From sequence record SRR22947727_1803: 45,453 nucleotides of DNA. One strand, 5' to 3'. Shown here in pieces: positions 21,677 to 32,524 of the stretch (positions within the stretch are counted from its first letter, which is position 1; every line of letters begins with the position of its first letter). The translations under genes and the position numbers were made by a program. Under the pieces are notes generated by a model. It ran no database searches. It was not told the DNA's origin and worked only from the letters and a program-made list of their open reading frames with translations.

Positions 21677-21867
21677 GTCATTACATTCATTATACAAATG
21701 AAAATAATAATGATTCGCAATAACAAGCTAAATTTAAAACACTTATATAATAAATGCTATGAACATTCTAATAGCATATTTAGTTCACATATCAATAGCA
21801 TTAAGTTTACTACTTTCATACTGCTTAATTCTTATATTAGCAATCTGAAAATTAAACTGTTTTAGCT

Positions 21868-22137
21868 ATGGCAAAAATATCCTTAAAATTTACTGAGGAA
21901 GATATATCCCGCATTATAGAAATGGCTTGGGAAGACAGAACCCCGTTTGAGGCAATTTTAAAAACTTATGGTTTAGATGAGCCTAAATTAATGAGGCTTA
22001 TGCAAACTAATTTAAAGAAATCATCATATAGATTATGGAGAAAACGGGTAAAAGAAAAATCCATAAAACATTTGAAACTTCGATCAGAAGATGTCACTAG
22101 AGCCTACTGCCCAACACAATACAAAATAAGTCGGTAA
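21868..22137 (+). CDS. TIGR03643/DUF2805 family protein
   Basis: SRIIEMAWEDRTPFEAI...YGL.E...LM...LK.SSYRLWRKRV....KH signature. Confidence 0.9.
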   Translation: MAKISLKFTEEDISRIIEMAWEDRTPFEAILKTYGLDEPKLMRLMQTNLKKSSYRLWRKRVKEKSIKHLKLRSEDVTRAYCPTQYKISR

Positions 22138-22145
22138 CAATTAGA

Positions 22146-22228
22146 GGTCTCATAGACTAAGGGAGGAGTAAGCCTACGAGACCAGGTAAGCATCAAAAGC
22201 AGCCTACTTAATTGATAGAGGGGGCAGT
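22146..22228 (-). ncRNA. candidate small RNA or structured 3' UTR with an anti-Shine-Dalgarno loop
   Basis: 13-bp stem (22146-22158 with 22171-22183) that is fully paired only on the minus strand (two G-U pairs); loop UACUCCUCCCUU; a second 6-bp hairpin upstream; GC-rich island in AT-rich DNA; boundaries approximate. Confidence 0.55.
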
Positions 22229-22253
22229 GTTAATAAAATTCAATTTATTTACC

Positions 22254-22499
22254 TTATTTTTTTAAATCTAAATCGATGCCTTTAACTCTTTTTAAAAATT
22301 CTTTGCTGTATTTAATTTTGGGTTCTTTGCTTTGTTTTTTGGTTAATTTTATTTTTTTTGCAACAACTTGATGTTTATCATGTGACGTCATGATTACGTG
22401 AAAAATAGACATCACCACAACGATAATAGATATTATTAATATCGTAAGAATAAACTCTGATAAATAGAGTTCCGTTAAATTTTCAAAAGCTTCATACAT
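22254..22499 (-). CDS. hypothetical single-pass membrane protein with a basic C-terminal tail
   Basis: 81 aa with ATG start, one long hydrophobic helix and a Lys-rich tail; fills otherwise empty space. Confidence 0.65.
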   Translation of the reverse strand: MYEAFENLTELYLSEFILTILIISIIVVVMSIFHVIMTSHDKHQVVAKKIKLTKKQSKEPKIKYSKEFLKRVKGIDLDLKK

Positions 22500-22589
22500 A
22501 ATTGTAATTTAAAAAAATAATCTACTTTTTTACTGTGTGCTAATATATTAAATCAAGTTTACAGAGAAATTTATATAAAGGACTCATAA

Positions 22590-22748
22590 ATGCTAAAAAA
22601 AATTATCTTATTAATTATTATCGGCGCCATCGGTTGGTATGTTTATAATAACTACATGAAATCAGAAGTAGATAAAGCAATTGATGCAACCGAAGAAGTT
22701 GTTGAAGATGCCGTAGAAAATGTTGAAGATGCCGTAGACGATATATAA
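22590..22748 (+). CDS. small protein (52 aa), N-terminal membrane anchor plus acidic heptad repeat; not in the ORF track
   Basis: MLKKIILLIIIGAIGWYVYNNYMKSEVDKAIDATEEVVEDAVENVEDAVDDI*; AAGGA RBS at 22578-22582; terminator directly downstream. Confidence 0.8.
   Translation: MLKKIILLIIIGAIGWYVYNNYMKSEVDKAIDATEEVVEDAVENVEDAVDDI
22700..22738 (+). repeat. 18-bp direct repeat with 21-bp period
   Basis: TGTTGAAGATGCCGTAGA at 22700-22717 and 22721-22738, encoding VEDAV twice. Confidence 0.9.
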
Positions 22749-22762
22749 TTAAACAAATTTAT

Positions 22763-22787
22763 AAGGGTCTTTTAGGACCCTTTTTTT
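22763..22787 (+). terminator. intrinsic terminator between the 52-aa gene and the convergent pntB
   Basis: AAGGGTCT-TTTA-GGACCC followed by T7. Confidence 0.85.
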
Positions 22788-24150
22788 ATATCTGCTTCAC
22801 TAAATCTTCAACCACTTTTTTAGCATCGCCAAATAACATCATAGTCTTGTCAGAATAAAATAGCTCGTTATCTAAGCCGGCGTATCCCGGGGACATGGAC
22901 CTTTTATTAACAATAATCATTTTAGCTTTATCGGCCTCTAAAATTGGCATTCCATAGATAGCACTACCAGGTGTTTTTGCAGCCGGATTAACAACGTCAT
23001 TCGCCCCAATCACAAGCACTAAATCAGTTTGACTGAATTCACTATTAATATCCTCCATTTCAACAACTTGCTCGTATGGAACATCTGCTTCAGCCAGTAA
23101 GACATTCATGTGGCCTGGCATTCTTCCTGCAACAGGATGAATAGCGTATCTTACTGATATTCCCTTTTCAATAAGTTTTTCAGTGAGCTCTTGAAGGGCA
23201 TGTTGCGCTCTAGCCACAGCCAAGCCATACCCCGGGATTATGATAATCGAGTCTGCATTTGACATTAAAAATGCAACATCATCCGTTGATCCAGATTTGA
23301 CATTCCTCTCTTTATCATCAGTTTGAAGAGAATTATTTTCGCCACCAAATCCTCCAAGCATAACTGAGATGATTGAGCGATTCATTGCTTTACACATGAT
23401 ATAAGAAAGAATTGCACCGGAAGACCCCACACAAGCACCGGCAATTATTAAAACAGAATTATTTAATGTAAATCCAATACCAGCTGCTGCCCAACCTGAG
23501 TAACTATTGAGCATGGAAACCACAACCGGCATATCGGCTCCACCAATTGGAATAATCAGGGTAACACCTAAAATTAAAGCAATTGAAAGCATTATGAAGA
23601 ACGCAGTTAATGATTCTGTTTGAAAGAATATTACACCTGCAACAATCATAGTAATAGCTAATGCTAAATTTAGTAAATGTTGGCCTTTAAAAATGGCAGG
23701 GTTTGCCCCAAACTTTCCTGACAGCTTTCCAAATGCAATAACGGATGCTGAAAATGTAATGGCCCCGATAAATGCCCCAATGAACAATTCAAACCTTTGA
23801 ACAATAGTATGTATTTCAGATACATTGAGAACCGCAGCTGTTGCAATTAACACTGCAGCTAAACCCACAAATGAATGCATTAATGCTACCAATTCGGGCA
23901 TCTTGGTCATCTCTACTTTTTTGGCTACAAAAATACCGATAAATGCACCTAAAATGAGAGGTATGCCTATTAACAATGAAACTAAATTTGTTCCAATAAG
24001 CAATGTAGTAATGATTGCCACTGCCATGCCTACCATTCCAAATATATTTCCAGATCTTGCAGAAGTTGGAGATGACAGTCCTCTCAAAGCTAATATAAAA
24101 AATATTGCAGCGATTAAATAACTGATCATCGCAAAAGCTTCATTTTTCAT
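22786..24150 (-). CDS. pntB: NAD(P) transhydrogenase subunit beta
   Basis: [67 protein letters not shown]. Confidence 0.98.
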   Translation of the reverse strand: MKNEAFAMISYLIAAIFFILALRGLSSPTSARSGNIFGMVGMAVAIITTLLIGTNLVSLLIGIPLILGAFIGIFVAKKVEMTKMPELVALMHSFVGLAAVLIATAAVLNVSEIHTIVQRFELFIGAFIGAITFSASVIAFGKLSGKFGANPAIFKGQHLLNLALAITMIVAGVIFFQTESLTAFFIMLSIALILGVTLIIPIGGADMPVVVSMLNSYSGWAAAGIGFTLNNSVLIIAGACVGSSGAILSYIMCKAMNRSIISVMLGGFGGENNSLQTDDKERNVKSGSTDDVAFLMSNADSIIIIPGYGLAVARAQHALQELTEKLIEKGISVRYAIHPVAGRMPGHMNVLLAEADVPYEQVVEMEDINSEFSQTDLVLVIGANDVVNPAAKTPGSAIYGMPILEADKAKMIIVNKRSMSPGYAGLDNELFYSDKTMMLFGDAKKVVEDLVKQI

Positions 24151-24463
24151 TTTTAGCCTCCTCTTTTCTCTCTTTTTTCTTGAACATCTCTAACATCCTT
24201 TGGGTCACAAAAAATCCCCCAAAAATATTTATCGCTGCAAAAAATATAGCAAATGCTCCTAAAATGCTGCTAAATGTTATTATCTCTCCATTAATTTCAA
24301 CAACTTGCAATATCGCACCGACAATTACTATGCCAGAAATTGCATTTGTTACAGACATTAATGGTGTATGAAGGGCTGAAGTTACGTTCCAAACTACATG
24401 GTAGCCAACAAATATAGCTAAAACGAATATAGTTATGTTTTGAACTGTTAGTAAATCCGTCAT
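24140..24463 (-). CDS. pntAb: NAD(P) transhydrogenase subunit alpha, part 2 (membrane)
   Basis: [30 protein letters not shown]. Confidence 0.96.
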   Translation of the reverse strand: MTDLLTVQNITIFVLAIFVGYHVVWNVTSALHTPLMSVTNAISGIVIVGAILQVVEINGEIITFSSILGAFAIFFAAINIFGGFFVTQRMLEMFKKKERKEEAKNEK

Positions 24464-24465
24464 CT

Positions 24466-25587
24466 TTATCCTTTTTTATTATTTTTCGATATTAATGTTT
24501 CTGTTACCAATTCATCTTTATCATTTATGAACAATTGGCCCGATTCATTAATTAATAGTTTAATAAATTCAAAAATATTCCTAGAATATAAAGCAGAGGC
24601 ATCTGTACTTAGCATGCTCGGTAAGTTATTAAAACCAATAATGGTTACATTTTCCAACTGATTTACTTTATTGTTTTGCGTTAATGGGCAATTGCCAGAC
24701 CCATCTAAGGCACTCCCTGCTGCCATATCAACTATAACTGAACCAAATTTCATTTTATTAACAGTTTCTTTAGACAATAATTGTGGTGGTTCTCTGCCTG
24801 GAATTAAAGCCGAAGTAATTATAATATCTGCTGCCATAGCTTTCTCAGCAACTATTTTAGATTGCCTTGCTAACCATGATTTTGGCATTGGTTTTGCGTA
24901 ACCACCTGTACCAATTGCACATTCTTTTTCCTCTTCTGTTTCATAAGGCACTTCAATAAATTTACCTCCCAAGGATTCTATTTGTTCTTGAACTGATGGT
25001 CTGACGTCAGAAGCCTCAACAACAGCGCCTAGTCTTTTTGCTGTTGCAACTGCTTGAAGTCCTGCAACACCTGCACCTAAGACAATAACTTTTGCTGCTT
25101 TAACTGTCCCGGCTGCGGTCATCAACATAGGCATAAATTTTTTATAATAATCACTTGCAAGAATTACAGCCTTATACCCTGCAATATTGGCTTGAGATGA
25201 CAAAACATCCATAGATTGTGCTCTAGTGTTTCTTGGTAAAGCTTCTAATGCAAAAGCGGATACACCTTGTTTTTTTAGTAACATTTGTAATGCATTATTA
25301 AAAGGTTCTAACATACCAACCAAAAACTGTTTAGAGGTTAGTTTAATTATCTCTTTCTCATCTGGCGGCCTAACCATTAACAATAAATCCGATTGAAGAA
25401 CTAGGTCTCTTGAGACAATTTCACCCCCATGATTTTTATAATCTTCATTTGAAATAGAAGCTTGGATACCAGCATCTGTTTCAATTAAAACAGAATGATT
25501 TAAAGCAGTCATCTTTTTTACTGTTTCTGCGGTAGCGGCTACTCTAGACTCACCTGCAACTATTTCTTTTAAAACACCTATCTTCAT
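24466..25587 (-). CDS. pntAa: NAD(P) transhydrogenase subunit alpha, part 1 (NAD-binding)
   Basis: [55 protein letters not shown]. Confidence 0.96.
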   Translation of the reverse strand: MKIGVLKEIVAGESRVAATAETVKKMTALNHSVLIETDAGIQASISNEDYKNHGGEIVSRDLVLQSDLLLMVRPPDEKEIIKLTSKQFLVGMLEPFNNALQMLLKKQGVSAFALEALPRNTRAQSMDVLSSQANIAGYKAVILASDYYKKFMPMLMTAAGTVKAAKVIVLGAGVAGLQAVATAKRLGAVVEASDVRPSVQEQIESLGGKFIEVPYETEEEKECAIGTGGYAKPMPKSWLARQSKIVAEKAMAADIIITSALIPGREPPQLLSKETVNKMKFGSVIVDMAAGSALDGSGNCPLTQNNKVNQLENVTIIGFNNLPSMLSTDASALYSRNIFEFIKLLINESGQLFINDKDELVTETLISKNNKKG

Positions 25588-25663
25588 TTATGCTCCTCAC
25601 CCAAAATTATGAAGGAAAAAAACCCCCATGCTCATTGATAAATCAATTGAACCTGAATGATTC

Positions 25664-26560
25664 TTAACTTCCTATTATTTTTTCTTTGATGCCTGTAATT
25701 GAATTTACTATACTATCAAAAAATAGTTTTTTTGACGACCCTTGTCTATAGGCCATTGCTACTTTTCTAAAAGGAACAGGTCTTTCAAAAGACAAAATAT
25801 TGATCTCATCATTTTTATAATTTTTAGTTGTTGCGCTTTTTGGTAATATAGATATTCCTAAATTTGAGGCAACCATGTTTCTAATTGTCTCAAGTGATGT
25901 GCCTGCTTGCACCTCCGTATTGTCTGATATACCCGGACAAGCCTCTCTTACCTGCATACTAAAACAGTGAGTGTTATCTAAAAGCAATATTTTTTCATTA
26001 ATTAATTGTTTAGCATTAATTTCTTTATTTTTACTCCACTTATGTTTACTTGATACAAGTACTTTAAAAGGTTCATCATAAAGTATTTGAGTATCAAAGC
26101 CTGCAATATCAAATGGCAATGCAATAATGGCTGCATCTAAATACCCATCTTTTAATTTTTTAATAAGGTTTATTGTTATGTCTTCCTCAGCTTCAAGACT
26201 TATATCCGGAACATTTTTTTTTAATATTGGAATTATTGAAGGTAACAAATAAGGCGCAACTGAGTAAATTAAACCCAGCTTTACACTTGTATGTTGCGTA
26301 GTTTTTTCACGAGCTGAGATTTCTTTTATTTTATCAACCTCTTCTAAAACTTTTTCTGCTTGATTAACAATTAGTTCACCGACGGGAGTCAAAGCAATTC
26401 CCATGCGGTTTCTTTCAAAAATCAGAACACCAAGTTCATTTTCAATTTTTTTAATTGCCAAGCTTAAGGCAGGTTGACTTACAAAGCTTTTTGTCGCAGC
26501 TCTTCTAAAATTTTTTTCATGAGCCACTGAAACCACAAATCTAAGCTCACTTAACGTCAT
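25664..26560 (-). CDS. oxyR: hydrogen peroxide-sensing LysR regulator OxyR
   Basis: LysR HTH (VSQPALSLAIKKIE) and HCFSMQVREACP with the C-X8-C redox pair, followed by SLETIRNMVAS. Confidence 0.92.
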   Translation of the reverse strand: MTLSELRFVVSVAHEKNFRRAATKSFVSQPALSLAIKKIENELGVLIFERNRMGIALTPVGELIVNQAEKVLEEVDKIKEISAREKTTQHTSVKLGLIYSVAPYLLPSIIPILKKNVPDISLEAEEDITINLIKKLKDGYLDAAIIALPFDIAGFDTQILYDEPFKVLVSSKHKWSKNKEINAKQLINEKILLLDNTHCFSMQVREACPGISDNTEVQAGTSLETIRNMVASNLGISILPKSATTKNYKNDEINILSFERPVPFRKVAMAYRQGSSKKLFFDSIVNSITGIKEKIIGS

Positions 26561-26569
26561 TATTTATAC

Positions 26570-28975
<2,406 letters not shown>

Positions 28976-28985
28976 CTAAAATCCT

Positions 28986-30086
28986 TTATATTCTCATTGG
29001 CATTACTACATACTTATAATCTTCGTTGTTTGGGATAGTCACCAAACAACTGCTTGATGAATCTTTAAAGGCGAAGTTTAATTTATCAAATTGAATGTTA
29101 TTTAAAACATCTATGAGGTAAGTAACGTTAAAACCTACATCTATCTCCTCTCCTTCATATTTTATCTCCATTTCCTCTTCTGCTTGTTCTTGTTCACTGT
29201 TGGTACTAATCATTTTTAAATTATTTTTTGTAATAACAATCCTTATCCCTCTATATTTTTCATTTGATAAAATCGAAGCTCTTTGCATTGCTGTCAGCAG
29301 CGCTTGTCTATCGATTTCGAAAATATTAGGGTGGCCAACTGGAATGACTCTTGAGTAATCTGGAAATTTTCCATCGATCACTTTAGTTATTAAATCAATA
29401 TTATTGAAATGAAAATGTGCTTGAGTTTTACTTATATTAATTTCTATATCATCATCACCGTCTTCTAGAAGCTTCACGAGTTCGAGTATTGTTTTTCTTG
29501 GAATAATTGTTTGAATTTTACCAAAATCTTTTTCCAGCTTTATTGAAGTAAAGCTTAAGCGGTGACCATCGGTCCCTACGATATTTAGTTTTTGATTATC
29601 TACCTCAAATAATAGGCCATTCAGATAATATCTAATGTCTTGTTGTGCCATTGAAAAATCTACTTGTTTTAAAATATTTTTAAATTCTTTTTGTTTAAGT
29701 TTTACAAAAGTACTTTCTTCTTCATCCTTTTTCATTATCGGATAATCTTTAGCAGCTAAACTCTGAAGGTTAAATTTACTCTTAAGTGCTTTTACCAAGA
29801 CACTTGTGTCATTTATTTGAATGTTTAACTTACTTTTCTCTGGTAAAGCTCTGGTGATATCAAGTATTTTTCTGGCAGATATAGTTGTTTCAAAAGCATC
29901 CTCAAGTTTTGTTTGAACTGATAATGAAATTTGCATTTCAAGATCTGTGGCAGTAAATCTTAAATTTCCCTGAGATCCTTCTAGTAAAATATTTGATAAT
30001 ATAGGAAGGCTAAGTTTTCTTTCAACAATACCAGCAACATTACTTAGGGGGTCGAGAAGAGTATCTCTATCGATTTCTATATTCAT
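28986..30086 (-). CDS. dnaN: DNA polymerase III beta clamp
   Basis: LPILSNILL, ATDLE, QDIRYYLNG, TDGHRL, GKFPDY, VVMPMRI. Confidence 0.99.
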   Translation of the reverse strand: MNIEIDRDTLLDPLSNVAGIVERKLSLPILSNILLEGSQGNLRFTATDLEMQISLSVQTKLEDAFETTISARKILDITRALPEKSKLNIQINDTSVLVKALKSKFNLQSLAAKDYPIMKKDEEESTFVKLKQKEFKNILKQVDFSMAQQDIRYYLNGLLFEVDNQKLNIVGTDGHRLSFTSIKLEKDFGKIQTIIPRKTILELVKLLEDGDDDIEINISKTQAHFHFNNIDLITKVIDGKFPDYSRVIPVGHPNIFEIDRQALLTAMQRASILSNEKYRGIRIVITKNNLKMISTNSEQEQAEEEMEIKYEGEEIDVGFNVTYLIDVLNNIQFDKLNFAFKDSSSSCLVTIPNNEDYKYVVMPMRI

Positions 30087-30298
30087 AGTTTTTTCTTTAT
30101 ATATTTAATAATAATAATAATAGGTTCGTTGTTAAAAATAAAGCTAAATATTTACATAAAAATCAACAGCTTAGATTACTTTAAAAACTATGCACACAAG
30201 TTGATTTAAATGTGTATAAATTGTGTATTAATTTTTTAAAATCAATTTCTTTTTGTTTAATCTATTTTTATTCACAACTGTTCCACAGTTTATCATTT
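30087..30298. other. chromosomal replication origin oriC (dnaA-dnaN intergenic region)
   Basis: DnaA boxes TGTGTATAA (30211-30219) and TTATTCACA (30268-30276); near-matches at 30130-30138, 30188-30196, 30222-30230 and 30279-30287; IHF consensus at 30161-30173; (TAA)5TAG trio array at 30106-30123 next to an AT-rich tract; gene orientation largely diverges from this region. Confidence 0.85.
30161..30173 (+). promoter_or_regulatory. IHF binding site within oriC
   Basis: AATCAACAGCTTA matches WATCAANNNNTTR exactly, with AT-rich sequence upstream. Confidence 0.7.
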
Positions 30299-31633
30299 TT
30301 AACCCCGCAATACTTGAGTTAAGAATCCTAAATCTTGTCCTATATGTTGGTCTTTTAAACGCAAACTTTCAATTTCATCACAAGCGTGCATTATTGTTGT
30401 GTGATGCCTTCCACCAAAAGCTGCCCCTATGTCGGGGAAGCTTAAATTGGTAAGCTCTCTTGTTAATGTCATAGCAACCTGGCGCGGCCTTGAAAAATTC
30501 CTTGACCTTTTTTTACTAAGTATGTCGCTGACCTTAATTTTATAAAATTCTGCTACAGTTTTTTGTATATTTTCGACACTCACTTGTCTTCCGCGGACAG
30601 CTATTAGGTCTTTTAAAGATTCCTTAGCTAAACTTATATTGATAGGTGTACTCATAAAATTTGACATGGCGACTATTCTATTCAAAGCCCCTTCTAATTC
30701 CCTCACATTTGATCGAATTTGTTTGGCTACAAAAAAAGCAACATCTTCAGGCAAGTCAATTTTGTTTTGCTCAGCTTTTTTAAGAAGAATGGCTACTCTC
30801 ATTTCAAGTTCAGGGGGATCAATTGAAACAGTTAGGCCCCAACTAAATCTCGTTCTAAGTCTATCATCAACACCAACTATTTCTTTTGGGTAAGAATCAC
30901 ACGTAATAATAATTTGTTTTTTGTTTTCAATTAAATTATTAAAGGCATAAAAAAATTCTTCCTGAGTTCTGTTCTTTTTTGCAATAAATTGGATGTCATC
31001 AATTAATAACAGGTCTAGGTTATGGTAAATCTTTTTAAAACTGTCAAAAGACTTATTTTCATAGGCTTTAACTACTCCATGAACATATCTTTCTGCATGA
31101 AGATATTTTATTTTAGCTTCAGGCTTTAGAGATTTTAAATGATTTCCAATTGCATGCATCAAATGCGTTTTACCAAGACCAACACCACCATATACAAAAA
31201 GAGGGTTATATGTCTCGCCTGGATTTTCTGCAACCTGTTTACCTGCTGCAGTAGCTAGTTGATTGGCTTTACCAGTAACAAAATTATCAAAATCGAATCC
31301 TTTGTTTAGCCCCGTAGTTGCTGAATTAGCAGGCAGTTTTGTATTGACTAGTTTTGAATTTTTAATCTGTTTTATTTGTGGTTTAGAGTTGTTTTTTTTT
31401 GTTACTTGATAATCAATTGTCTTTATCTTTAGATGTTCATCAGCAAGAAGGGATATCTCTTTTGCAAATCTATCTTTAACCCACTCTAGTACAAATTGAT
31501 TAGGAGCGTGAATAATGCAAGAATTTTTGTCAGATTTAAATGACAAGGGTTTAATCCAAGTGTTAATTTGTTGGTTAGTAAGTTTTTTTGAGAACTTATC
31601 AATGCACAATTCCCAAAATTTTGTATCGTTCAT
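30299..31633 (-). CDS. dnaA: chromosomal replication initiator DnaA
   Basis: FDNFVTGKAN, YNPLFVYGGVGLGKTHL, LLIDDIQF, NVRELEGAL, RPRQVAM, GGRHHTT. Confidence 0.99.
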   Translation of the reverse strand: MNDTKFWELCIDKFSKKLTNQQINTWIKPLSFKSDKNSCIIHAPNQFVLEWVKDRFAKEISLLADEHLKIKTIDYQVTKKNNSKPQIKQIKNSKLVNTKLPANSATTGLNKGFDFDNFVTGKANQLATAAGKQVAENPGETYNPLFVYGGVGLGKTHLMHAIGNHLKSLKPEAKIKYLHAERYVHGVVKAYENKSFDSFKKIYHNLDLLLIDDIQFIAKKNRTQEEFFYAFNNLIENKKQIIITCDSYPKEIVGVDDRLRTRFSWGLTVSIDPPELEMRVAILLKKAEQNKIDLPEDVAFFVAKQIRSNVRELEGALNRIVAMSNFMSTPINISLAKESLKDLIAVRGRQVSVENIQKTVAEFYKIKVSDILSKKRSRNFSRPRQVAMTLTRELTNLSFPDIGAAFGGRHHTTIMHACDEIESLRLKDQHIGQDLGFLTQVLRG

Positions 31634-31718
31634 TATTTAACTAAACCCTAAATATATTTTCTTTAAACTAATTTATTTTTTCAAATACACCTGCTGATGT
31701 TATATGAAATTATAAAAG

Positions 31719-31727
31719 TTATCCACA
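31719..31727 (+). promoter_or_regulatory. perfect DnaA box in the dnaA-rpmH intergenic region (probable dnaA autoregulation)
   Basis: TTATCCACA, about 85 bp upstream of the dnaA start. Confidence 0.85.
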
Positions 31728-31758
31728 ACCTTTTTTATCTAAAATCATCCGCATTTTA

Positions 31759-31787
31759 TTGACAAAAATTGTAACATCACGTAAGGT
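31759..31787 (+). promoter_or_regulatory. sigma70 promoter for the rpmH operon
   Basis: TTGACA-N17-TAAGGT. Confidence 0.7.
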
Positions 31788-31826
31788 TCTGATTCGAAAA
31801 TTTAGTAAGAAAACTAGGAGTTAACA

Positions 31827-31961
31827 ATGAAGCGCACTTATCAACCGTCAAAAATAAAAAGAGCTAGGACACATGGATTTTTGGTGCGAATGAAAACTCG
31901 TGGTGGCCGCTCAGTAATAGCATCTCGTCGAGCTAAAGGAAGGGCTCGTTTAGGACTATAA
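31827..31961 (+). CDS. rpmH: 50S ribosomal protein L34; not in the ORF track
   Basis: [44 protein letters not shown], with AGGAG RBS. Confidence 0.99.
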   Translation: MKRTYQPSKIKRARTHGFLVRMKTRGGRSVIASRRAKGRARLGL

Positions 31962-31969
31962 AGTCATCA

Positions 31970-32290
31970 ATGAAATTAGTAAATTCAGCTGAATTTACGA
32001 ATGTTTTCAACCATAGAAAAAGGCTGTCTTCGTCTAATTTATTTCTTTATTATTGTCCAAATAAAATTGGAGCATATAGGCTAGGTTTTGTTGTTCCGAA
32101 AAGAATAGAGAGGCTTGCAGTTAGAAGAAATTATATGCGAAGGTCTTTGAGAGAGATCTTCAAAATTATATTTAAGAAAAACAAAATACAAAGCTTTGAT
32201 TTTGTAGTGAGTATAAAAAAATCTTTTTATAAGGATGATTTTAACAGTCTCAAAATTCAAATTGATAATCTTCTTACAAAACTACCTTAA
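31970..32290 (+). CDS. rnpA: ribonuclease P protein component
   Basis: RLGFVVPKR...AVRRNYMRR (RNR motif); position after rpmH. Confidence 0.93.
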   Translation: MKLVNSAEFTNVFNHRKRLSSSNLFLYYCPNKIGAYRLGFVVPKRIERLAVRRNYMRRSLREIFKIIFKKNKIQSFDFVVSIKKSFYKDDFNSLKIQIDNLLTKLP

Positions 32291-32296
32291 TTGATT

Positions 32297-32509
32297 ATGA
32301 AAAAATTTTTAATTGGAATAATTAAATTCTATCAATTATTTATTAGCACAATTACTTTACCAAGATGTAGGTTTACTCCAACATGTTCAGAATATACAAT
32401 TGAAGTTTTGAAGAAACATGGAACCTTAAAAGGGTTTTGGTTAGCTATTAAAAGAATCTTAAGATGTCATCCTTTTTGTAAGGGTGGATATGATCCCGTA
32501 CCAAAATAA
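32297..32509 (+). CDS. yidD: membrane protein insertion efficiency factor
   Basis: [28 protein letters not shown] at 32297 (ORF track opens at TTG 32291). Confidence 0.95.
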   Translation: MKKFLIGIIKFYQLFISTITLPRCRFTPTCSEYTIEVLKKHGTLKGFWLAIKRILRCHPFCKGGYDPVPK

Positions 32510-32524
32510 TAATTTGAGGAAAAT

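Noticed and set aside
21698-21865. 55-codon plus-strand ORF (MKIIMIRNNK...KIKLF)
   Set aside because: No RBS and no recognisable motif, and its composition looks like non-coding AT-rich DNA; more likely a regulatory spacer, though not excluded.
22700-22738. Direct repeats as a possible CRISPR remnant
   Set aside because: Only two copies with a 3-bp spacer, in frame within a coding sequence, and no cas genes.
24140-25587. pntA split into two ORFs, suggesting a pseudogene
   Set aside because: The three-gene PntAa/PntAb/PntB form is a well-known natural architecture.
25635-25646. TTGAT-AA-ATCAA palindrome upstream of pntAa resembling an FNR box
   Set aside because: The spacer is 2 nt rather than the 4 nt required for FNR.
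28976-28985. No recF between dnaN and gyrB
   Set aside because: This absence is commonplace in Betaproteobacteria and not novel.
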